From NCBI GenBank assembly GCA_027923505.1, contig BROI01000012.1, positions 434,001-498,000 on the forward strand: a DNA stretch of 64,000 bases. Reading direction: 5' to 3'. Source of the stretch: Mayamaea pseudoterrestris. Taxonomy: Eukaryota. Below the pieces are notes generated by a model. The model was not told the DNA's origin. It did not search any database and saw only the letters and a list, made by a program, of their open reading frames with translations. The position numbers were made by a program, and so were the translations under genes. Of this stretch, positions 11,105 to 21,453 are shown piece by piece (the stretch's first letter is position 1; each line of letters opens with the position of its first letter).

Positions 11105-12094
11105 ATGGAATTCATGGCAAAGATTGACGAGATGCTTCATCAGTCAGCAGCGTGTAAATCTATTTGTCAAGTCTTCATTCTTCTTCTCGCAACGAATCTG
11201 TTTTCAGTCGCCATGTCCCTTTCGCAGCGTCCGTGCGCACTCATCACTGGATCCACTGATGGCATTGGCTTGACGACGGCAAAGAACTTAGCCAAGCAAG
11301 GCTACAATATTTTGATTCATGGGCGAAGCGAGGAGCGAATCGAAAGAGCTCAATCAGCCGTTCGAGAGTTTTGCGACGACGATGACAAGAGCAGTCGAGT
11401 CTTTACGCTTCCGCCAGCGGATCTTTCTTCAGTTGCTTCCACTATTCAACTGGCGCGGGACGCAGTCCAAGTCTGCAAACAAGAGAATCTTCATCTGGCA
11501 ATCATCATGAATAATGCTGGCGTTTTTGCTAGTGACCTGGTCTTGACGGACGACGACCTCGAATTGACATTTGCCGTCAACGTCGTTGCACCCTTTGTTT
11601 TGACCTCCCTCCTGCTGCCAACCTTGTTAGAGCAACAGGACCATGACAGACGCATCGTCATTGCATCGTCCATTTCACAGTCGCAGAAAATCTACGACTG
11701 GAATGACTTGCAGTACAGTCACCATCCTTATAGTGCACATTCATCCTATAGCGAAAGCAAGTTGCTCGATGCCATGCTGACCATGGAGTTTGCAAGGCGC
11801 CTTGACAAGATGGACAAGAAGGTCACCTGCAACTGCCTTGATCCCGGAACTGTCAATACCAAGATGCTCATGGCAGGATGGGGCCCTTGCGGGATCCGTG
11901 TCGAGGATGCACTGGATGAATCATGGTTGTGCACAAGTCAAGAGGTGCAGGGCGTGAGTGGACGATACTTTGTGAACCGACGAGATTGCAAAGCATCAGC
12001 GGCAGCATATGACGTCAAGCAGCGGGAGACGCTCTGGTCGATGTTAACGAAAATAGCCCCAGAAGCAGCCGCTATTTGGGAGCAGCGTGCATGA
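11105..12094 (+). CDS. Short-chain dehydrogenase/reductase (retinol-dehydrogenase-like)
   Basis: LITGSTDGIG Rossmann motif, NNAGV, YSESK (YxxxK), DPGTVNT, SGRYF. Start codon uncertain. Confidence 0.9.
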   Translation: MEFMAKIDEMLHQSAACKSICQVFILLLATNLFSVAMSLSQRPCALITGSTDGIGLTTAKNLAKQGYNILIHGRSEERIERAQSAVREFCDDDDKSSRVFTLPPADLSSVASTIQLARDAVQVCKQENLHLAIIMNNAGVFASDLVLTDDDLELTFAVNVVAPFVLTSLLLPTLLEQQDHDRRIVIASSISQSQKIYDWNDLQYSHHPYSAHSSYSESKLLDAMLTMEFARRLDKMDKKVTCNCLDPGTVNTKMLMAGWGPCGIRVEDALDESWLCTSQEVQGVSGRYFVNRRDCKASAAAYDVKQRETLWSMLTKIAPEAAAIWEQRA

Positions 12095-12634
12095 GTGTAC
12101 GAATGACGAAAAGAATTGCGAATGCCACTTCTATCTGGTGGCACTAATTAGAATCTTCACTACTTATCAGCATGTTCCACTAGGCGCAGCAGTGTCTATT
12201 TTTAAACATAATCACGTAGTTGCGCTGAGTGATGCCAAATGACTAGCGCGAGACACTTCGAGCGAATCGACGCCGACTCGACCTGGTTTAGCACCTGACG
12301 AAACCAGTCGAAGACTCGAACTCGAGCGTCCTGTTTTTCGAATAATTGTGTAATTAGCATTAGCACTAACGATCGGCAGCTAATGATTGACTCCCACGGT
12401 TGTAAGCAGTAAGAGAGCGGCATGGGGGATTTCTATTTCAGATCCTGCTAGCAGCATGACTACACGTGCGACGCGTCATGGTGAAGCCTAAAGTACATGG
12501 GCAGCATGTGCAGTTATTTGTTGTGGTTTACATGTAGTCTGAGTGTTCGTGAACGATATGATACAGTACTTGGCAACAGGCTATATCCGCGTTCGGTCTT
12601 GAAGTACCGGTAGTCAAGACGCGGAAGCCGGAGC

Positions 12635-14382
12635 TTAATTTCGCTTCTGTTTGAAGTTCAAAACGTAGCGCCCGATGACTAAAACCGTGCCATCTTCACT
12701 ATCATCGATTGGGATTTCCCGCATTATCGGAATCTTCACCTTCCCCCGGTCCACTGTACTTCCAAGTTCCGTACTCAGAACCAAGGTCCGCGTAACAAAC
12801 CACGCGCTCATCGTTGACATAAAGAAGCCCATGGAGACTCGAGACGCCCGAGACGCTTCTGTCCGTATCCAATTGGATATCATTATACACACCGTGACCA
12901 ATCTTGACCTTGCCTGACGATGGAAAGACGTTCCAGCTAGTACCAACCGTGGCTGATGCGCATGCGCCACCCCTCATTACCCGGATACATTTGACAACAT
13001 AATCAGGTATCTCTTTGACTACTTGGATTTGAGCAGGAGCCGGCTCCATCAAATCAACGTAAAAGGCGTGACCAAGCGCTTCGATCACAAACGGGTGCTC
13101 TGCCTTGACTGCCTCAGGACGTGCCGATCTCGTTGCATTCGCACTCGCAGAAACAGGCACCTTGAGTGTCATCGGCCACAGAAGCAACGCAAGGTCACCG
13201 TAATCGGGTTTCTTGTCATCTTTCATTGCTGCAGTCTTTGCAAAGAATTCAAGCATGGTGTCGGCACTTTCGTCGAGTTGTTTGTAGAAATCAGAGTTGC
13301 GGTCGCCCATTTCGGTACACTTCTTTAATTTCAGCGCTTCATCGCTCCCTTCAGTAGACCATGGTAGTTCCGGCCAATCTGATTCCTCGCTTGTGTTTGC
13401 CAAGGCAGCCTTGATTCGAATAATCAAATGCGCAATGACGAGCCCGACGGCCTCCAAATCGTCCCGACGCGTTAAATGATGACCAGCATCATCCGCAAAC
13501 CGACTGCGGTAAATTGGCGATCCGCTCCGCGCCTCAACGCAATCTACATTCATCGTGTAGCTCTCATCGCCATAAATGTTCTTGGGTAAATTCACGGCCT
13601 GCCCGAAATTGACCATGCGTAGCAAGCCAGCTTGCGACCCAATGTCATTGTCGACATAGAGTGCCGCTTTCGGATCGTCGAGCGCCAAGAAACCAAACAT
13701 TATGTTTTCAGGCTTGACGTCGACAACAAGGTGCCCCTGTCCATGAATGGCCTTAATCATTCTGAGTATCTCAAACATAAAATGACCAATGAGCAACGTC
13801 TTGGATTCATGATCGATACAGTTGACAATCTTTTCAATGCCTTTATTGCACACGTTGGAAAAGAGGACGCAATCCATGCGTTCAATGAAAAGACAGTTAA
13901 TTTGTTGAGTGATTGGATCTATTTAAATATTAATAGCAGGAAAGTGTGTTAGCGCGGACGATAATGAGCAAACGAGTCAATGCGCGCGGCGAAAATCTTA
14001 CCTTCTCCTTCCTCGACAAGCGTAATGATTGATGTTGTCTGATAGGATGAAGTCCGCAGCCCAACATGCGGAATCACGGATCCTTGTACAAGTAAGCAGC
14101 TCCTGTAAAATTTATATTCGTTTGTTATCGAGTGAAAATTGTGCTTTGCGACATGATTGTCCATCGTCTCGTCGGTGTCAAGCCCTTTTGCCTTGTCGCG
14201 TCTACTACCGGTAGGCGGTCCGGTCCGTAAGCGTACTTGATAGCGCGATCAGTCTTCTCTCCATTGAAAAGAATATGAGCAACCTTGCCTTGCGCATCAC
14301 TGTAGATGTCGTCACCGACGGTGTATCCCTTTGTTAAATCGTATCCCTTCAAGGACGTCTTGAACGGCGTTTCCTTTGGCAT
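12635..14382 (-). pseudogene. Casein-kinase-1/VRK-like (pseudo)kinase with C-terminal FHA domain; two frameshifts and one intron
   Basis: AIK, VDVKPEN, GSPIYRS and TRRDDLEAVG kinase motifs; FHA-like KIG...VSSLHG...DLGSEYGT. Intron 13919-14001 (GTAAG...CTAAC...TAG) joins two ORFs in frame. Frameshifts near 14205 and at a G5 run (12743-12747). Confidence 0.65.
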
Positions 14383-14651
14383 GGTGAAAGCAGAGCAAGA
14401 GCAAAAACGTATTGTCTGCTGGCTGTCGGCTCAGCGAGTGTCGTAAAGTTGAAGGAGAGCGACTATCTTGCGAATAAAAGCGGAACGATGAGCCTGCTGC
14501 GGATGGATCTTTGGGGATGCAGCGAAGCGAAGCGACGAGGCGCGCGAGGGACGCGGCTAACCCTAAGTAACCATCGAGAAATGACGAAGTAGTTAGGGTT
14601 CATCCAAGCGCGAATGAGTGCGACGATTCGGACATTCGTGTCAATTTCACC

Positions 14652-17030
14652 ATGCTCGTCAACTCCATCAGCCGCCGCTACCCTTGCCTACAACATGTCT
14701 ACTGCTACATAATTCTTCTGACTCTATCGACGTCAGCGATATCAAATGCAGCAGCAGCATCGATTACGTCTAGCAATACCGGCAATATTCTCGTCGTTGG
14801 ATCAGTCAACTCCGACACGTTTCTTCCAGTCGATCGCTTGCCTTGCCAAGGCGAAAACATTGTCTGCCGCTGTGATCCAGTCATTGACGTTCCGGGAGGC
14901 AAAGGATGTACTCAAGCTGTAGCGATAGCCAAGATGATGCGCTGTGAAAATGATCAATTAGCAGCAGCAAACGTATACTTCATTGGACAGTTTGGCAACG
15001 ATGCATCCGCAAGCATGCTACAAGAGACTCTCAAGGACGCTGGAGTCGACATTTCCCTCTCCACTCATCATTCAGATCTACCAAGTGGTCAAGGTTTTGT
15101 CCTTGTTGCCAAATCAGGTCAAGTCACGGCCGTCGTCAGTGGCGGAGCCAATCTGCGGGGCTGGACGTCGTGGAAGGATGCATGGGAAACGCTTAACGAC
15201 AAGAGTAGCAGTCAACAGCAACTATCGACCGACCATGCAGTCATTCAGCAACTCACATTGACGCTACAAAATTGCAAGTATGTTTTACTGCAGCGCGAAG
15301 TTCCAGAGTACGTCAATCAGCTTGTAGCAACGTTGGCCAAGCGACATGGCGTTTGCGTATTGCAGGACATTGGCGGCGAGGAAAGACCCATTCACATGAT
15401 GCATCTTTGCGACTATGTCATTCCAAATGAAACCGAACTGCTGCGACTTTGCAAGTCATTGGATCATGATGCTACCAGCGATCTCGACATGACGAGTGAC
15501 GAAACCATTGTTCGTCTCGCTTTGCTGCTGCAGCAACATGGCGCTAGAAACGTACTCGTCACGCGAGGCAGTCGAGGATGCACATTGGTCACAGAGGCTG
15601 GCGATAGCGTCATTCATCAACCGGCTGTACGGGTCGAACATGTTGTGGACGAAACGGGTGCCGGTGACTGCTTTCGAGCGGCTTTTTGCGTTGGACTGTC
15701 GCAAGGTAAACCACTAGAGGAATGTCTGCAGTTTGCCAGTGCGGCTGGAGCTTGCTCAGTGGAGCGACACGGGGCGGTTCCGTCCACGCCGACGCGAAAT
15801 GACGTAATGGAAAAGTGGAACGCACATTTGCAGGCACTGGAGGATCGAGTTTTGAAGATTCCGCGCGGCGATGGACTGCTAAATACTCGAGGTGGAACGT
15901 TAACAGCGGCTAATGATGAAACAAGTACAAGCAGAGCGACTATACTTACTGACAAGAGCAATGTTGACGAAACGTTTCCGTTCATGATTGGCTCTCGACT
16001 CAACTCGATGAAGGATCGACCCGAACTTTGGAATGGGCCACTCACCAATGTGCGAGACTGGGTCAAACGACAAGCAACCGTCCGCGGATTGACTTGCATC
16101 GACTTTAACTATCCACAGCATTTTGCTAGCTGGACCAAGGAGGAGGCCAAGGCTGCTCTTCTTGAAGCAGACCTAAAAGCAGGCGCCGTTTGCTTGCGAT
16201 TCCCTTCAAAGTTTGCCAGAGGTGCCATGAATCATCCCGAGCGCTTGCTACGCGACGAAGCGACACGTCTTATTTTGGAAGCGGCGGAAGTTGCTCAATT
16301 TCTTGGCTGCAACGAGGTTGTTATTTGGAGTGGTAAGTAGTATCGATGATTGACATGTACAGCGCGTGTGTCTTTACTGAGCTGTATTCACAACAAGTTT
16401 TGCTTTTTACCAGCGTACGACGGTTACGACTATCCCTTCCAAGTAGACTACGATGAAAAGTGGTCGCAACTTGTCTCCCTTTTCCGTCGGTGTTGTGATT
16501 CCTTTCCGGGTATAAAGTTTAGCATCGAATACAAACCCACGGACGAAAATACTCGCTTCTTTACGGTGCCTAGTACTGCAGCCGCCATTCTACTAATGCA
16601 GGACGTTGATAGGCTCAACTTTGGCTTGACATTGGATGTTGGCCACATGTTGATGGCAGGAGAATCCCCCGGCCAGTCAATTGCCATGGTTGGCCGCGCT
16701 GGCAAGGGCAAACTCTTTGGCATTCAATTGAATGATGGATACACGCGCTTGGCAGCCGAAGATGGTTTAATGTTTGGATCGATCCACCCGTCGATGGCGT
16801 TGGAAGTCATGTATCAATTACGACGGATCAAGTTCGACGGCCACCTGTACTTTGATACGTTTCCTCAGCGAACCGATCCAGTCAAGGAGGCCGGATACAA
16901 CATTCGACGCGTCAAGGAGTTTTGGAAGGCTTCTAGTATGATTAATGTGGAGAAACTCAAGGACGTTGCCGCTGAACACGATGCGATTGGGGCGCTCGAG
17001 CTTGTAGACGATTTGCTTCGTCGCCACCGA
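14652..17030 (+). CDS. Fusion of a PfkB/ribokinase-family kinase and a xylose-isomerase-like TIM barrel; two exons
   Basis: VVGSVN, GGKG, PNETE and DETGAGDCF (PfkB). Intron 16333-16413 gives in-frame VVIWSAYDGYDYPFQVDY. IEYKP, LDVGH, QLNDG and FDTFP metal-ligand motifs. N-terminal signal peptide. Stop TGA just after 17030 (ORF-track end 17033). Confidence 0.85.
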
Positions 17031-17211
17031 TGACAAGCGCTTGAGCTACACACCTAAATAAAACGAAGGTGCTTACATTTTTCGTACTGCACAGTTACAT
17101 TCAAGTTCTATGGTGTTTATGGTATCCTCTCGACTAAAAGCAGTCATATCGCTACTGATATATTAAATTCTTTGAAGTAAAACTGTTGTTCTCGAATCGT
17201 CCTCTTGTCAA

Positions 17212-17712
17212 CTAGTTTCCCATGGTGTCAGCAAACTTTTTCATGTGATGAATTTGGTGAAACTCCTTGGCCTCGCGCACTTTTTCCAACTTGTCCTCCT
17301 TGGTTTCGTCCGCCAATTGCTTCAAATGACGTGCATAAAGGTTTGACTGGTGAGTGAGCTTGGCATGTTCGTCCGACGAAAGCAAGCGATGACCCTGCGA
17401 ATGAGCATCAAGCTCGTGCTGGTGCTCGCCAAGTTTGGTCTTCAAAACGTGCATGCGCTTGGCGTCATGCTCAAGAACAGACTTGTAGGAATCCTCCTGC
17501 GAATGAGTTTGACATTGTGATGATACCTGATGAGAGGGTCATTCAAGAACGAAAAGGCAACGAGTCATGTGCCACATGCATCGAGGGCAACGCACCTCGC
17601 TCACATCCTCAAGCTTGCTAAGCTTGTAGTTGCGCTCGTTCGAACCGACAGCCTGAACGATGACTGAGCTAATCATGGCCAAAACGACGAGAAAAGAGAA
17701 AGCAGACTTCAT
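17212..17712 (-). CDS. Small secreted helical hypothetical protein; two exons
   Basis: Signal peptide MKSAFSFLVVLAMISSVIVQA. A phase-0 intron ending at the acceptor 17497 joins to EDSYKSVLEHDAKRMHVLK. Confidence 0.65.
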
Positions 17713-18658
17713 ACTGATAAATGAAGAAGTGTCGATGGAAAGTGAATGCGGAGATTCTGTTTGATCCGACAACGCAAGAAATGTGAGATGAAGAAGAGCG
17801 GGTCAGAGACTATCAGAATATATATATCGCTGAGCGCAAGCAATGAAAGAGAGAGACTTGTCTGTAACAAAACTAGCATATAAAGCGACTCATGGCAAAG
17901 CGAAGCCGTTTGTTCCGTGAGGACGGACAACGTCCCGAACCACTATCCATTCGTTTGCTATCTAATCTTCTCGCGCAGGTATCATTCCATGACATTATTG
18001 ATTTGTCGCTTGCAGTTTCAAAGCTCTTAAGCCATTCCCCGCTGCCCATGCGTCGTCGCCATGGTGACTTACCCTGTTGCTGCCGTTCCAATTGTGCGAT
18101 TGTGACGAGCCGAACTCGCGGAAATGGACGATTGACGGAATGACCCTTGATGTGACGCCCACGCGACCCTTGTCATCCGGCCTTCGTTGAGGCTTATATT
18201 TAGAAAGTGTCAAATACGTTGTTTCAAGATCGTTAACTCACACGCGGAACTGTACTGATTGCAGGGCATATGTATTTTGAAACGAACTTCCTTGGGGCAA
18301 TTCGCTGTCACCTGTGGGTGGTTTCGCCACAAATTCAACAGCGCAGGGAAGCACGCTTGCTTGCGACAGATACGACAAGAGTCTGAAGCCACCAAAAGGT
18401 TACTTCCGCCTCGTCTTTACATATAGCAAAGGATCAAAATTGAGTCATTGAGCTTTGATACAGCAGGTAAGAGTAAACAGAAACGTCTGGTCCCGAGAGC
18501 CGCAGACTTGTCTGTCACGAGTGAAGAATAATGAGTAGCGCATGCAGTTTTGGGTTTTGTGGCTCGCACAAAAGATTGCGGACTAACCTTCTTTCCTTTA
18601 CTTTGTGGTTCCACATTCAAGAATACCCTTCATTACCAGCGCAAATTTCACAATAAGA

Positions 18659-21348
18659 ATGGACGGACGGTTCCCTTTCGATTTGCATCAAGCGACTCAT
18701 CTCCAGCAGCAGCAACTGCACGTACGTAAATGATTGCAGCAAAGCAAGTGTCAAGTTGATGATACTTTTATTAACAATCTCTGTATTGCATTCAGTTAAA
18801 TCAGCAGGCTGCTCAGCTGCGTGCCGCTTTGGGCATTCCGCAAGGAATCGAAATTAGCGAAGCTCATGCTTTTCTTCAAGCACAAGCGCAGGAACGTCAA
18901 CGTCAAGCACAGGAACGAGACTTGCAGATACGACAATTGCTTCTCCAAGAACAAATTGATCAGCATGTCACGGAGCAAAGACTAATGTCGCTCCGCGAGC
19001 AACAGTTGCTTCGGGATGCGCAGCAGCAGGCTGTTGCGAATCAAGCGAGCATGTTTCCAACTCGCAATGATGAATATCGAAACATTATCTTGCAGGAGCA
19101 ATTGATGCATCAACGGCGAACTGCTGCAGCTCCTTCACGGCCGCAGCAGGCGAATATCTTGCGGAACCTTTCACATGGACACGGCATGCCACAGCCTCAT
19201 CTGTCATCCCAGCTACCACAGCCGCAAGTACTGCTCCAAGACACATTTCGCCGACATTTATTACTGGATGGAGCTCCAACGCAGGCAGCTATTGGCATTA
19301 CGCGAGAGGGAATGCGTGGCGAACATGCCAACGCGCCAGTGCTAGCGCAAGCCGCAACCAAAATGGTTGTGGAAAGTGCCAGGCTGCCTCGACCAATCTA
19401 TCGTAATGTTTCCGAAGCAGCTAACAATTCGTCAAAAAAGCGCCACTTTAACAAGCTTAGGGACCCAAGTAAACCCAAGCGAAAGAAGAAGAGCAAGGAC
19501 TTGTTAGTGGATGGTGGTGCTGATATTGTTCACCCTTACGTTGCGCAGCTGGATCACCTTGCGACATCGCCGACATTACAGCCAAATGAAGCGAGTGTTA
19601 TGGCTACTGATGAAAGAGTTCCAGGAGTTTCAAAAAAGATTCGAAAGCCCAAAATACCTGGACGAAAGCCTGGACGACCTCGTAAGGAGCGAGTTGATGG
19701 TGCAGCTGACAAACCTCCCAAGCGCAAGTACACGCGAAGAAAGCACGTTGTGGGTCCGCTCGGGACAATTGAAGCGAGTGAGATTGTGACCAACACGGAA
19801 GCGGAAGCGCTTGGTGGACTTTTGTCCGTGGCCACGGGTCGCTCGGATGAGCCTAATTCAGTTCGAAAAGGGACGTTTGCCGAAATCGTAGCTGCAGCGG
19901 GGGACGATATTCAAATTGACAAAGCGGCGGAAGCTCTATGTTGCTTCAAGAAGGTGGATGAATACTACGTCACGTCAGAAAATGAGGAATGCAATGACAC
20001 TGATGCATCGCTTAAGCCAATTTCAAAGACGGCCGTCAGGGTCAGTACAGCTACTTTTGAGGCGGAAATTCCAGCTTTACCCCAAGAGCCTTGCATTTAC
20101 ATTCCAGAACCAAGAGCAACGCAGTCAGATTGGTTTGATCATCTGTCGTCAAAATGTGTTGATTCGGTTCCTGTACGAGTCGAATTGGAGGATGGGGAGC
20201 ATGCTCCGGCGCGGGTTAAGCGAAAGTATACTAAGAGAAAAGGGTCGGGAGCGGTGACTGATGGCCCGCCTGTTGATACATGGTGGCCATCCAACGTCGT
20301 CATCCACGGTGAACGACGTCAGGCTGGCGAGACCAGCGACGAGGATAATTTTGACGAAGCGAATAATATCCACAACGCATCTATGGTTCGCGCGAACGAT
20401 GCTACGATCAGGGAGCGGCTTGCTAATTCCGCGGAGCCTGGAGTACTTGAAAAGCTTCCTCACTGCAAACTTCACCGTCTTCATACCCGCACAAAGACTG
20501 GCAGTGACGAGTTTGCTTATTGCTTTCAGGTAACCGAGTTGTACCCAGACGAGCTAATGGTAAACTGCACTGGTTGTGGAACCTGGCGACATGCTGCATG
20601 TGGAGGACATCATGCACCTTATTCAATTCGGAACAATATTGAGACGCCGTTTGTGTGCGTCTGTGATCGTTGCCATGAAGAGGCAGGTTTTCTTAATAAA
20701 TACCAAAAAGGCGCTCAGCGCCTAGAACGCCAAAGGATGGAACACATTCGCCGTGCCCTTGCAACTTCAGCTGTGATGCGACACGCGACGTTGTCAGAGG
20801 AGTCGACAAAACCGAAGCAAGTTAAGATGAGCTCCTCGGGGAATGTAAATGGACACCAGAAAACTCGCGAAGTACATGCTCGAAATGAAAAGGCAGAAAA
20901 GGCCTGGGTGACAATGGCAGCAAATCTGTCTAAGGCAAACGGTGTTGGTTTCAAGGAACAGAGGCGCATCAAAGCAAGGGAGTTTGAGCGACTCTTGTTA
21001 GCTGTCAACGATGCCGAGCATTACACTGATCGACACAACATGCTCGTCTTTCTCCTGCGCGACACGACAAGAGACATTCCTGTTGGCTTTGAATTACAGC
21101 CGAAAAATATATTCGATCCCGAAGAATGGGGCAACAACGTCACGAGTGCTCGTCAGCTGGCTACTGGTTACGCCAGTAAGAATGATTCCTGCGGTTGTGC
21201 AAGGAAAGGCTGCAACCGGCAATCAAGGTTCGATTCGCTTTTTTGCAGCGACGGATGTGGTGTGCTGGTTCTGGAGCAAGATCTATTGTTATCGCTACGG
21301 GAAGCGGAAGAGATACATCCAACGCTTCTTCGCGAAATTGAGGAGTGA
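18659..21348 (+). CDS. Nuclear PHD-finger chromatin protein with AT-hook-like motif and CFP1/Spp1/DIDO-like C-terminal Cys motif
   Basis: Intron 18722-18795 is in frame. Gln-rich N-terminus; PGRPRK; CTGCGTWRHAAC...CDRC PHD-like; CARKGC...SLFCSDGCG. Confidence 0.7.
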
Positions 21349-21453
21349 ACCAGCTTTTTTCTATCTTATTTATTATTATTTAAATTCAAAGCTGTTGCTC
21401 GTAGCATTATCTATATGTTCATGCCGACTTTAAGGCTCTAGCAACATACAGCA

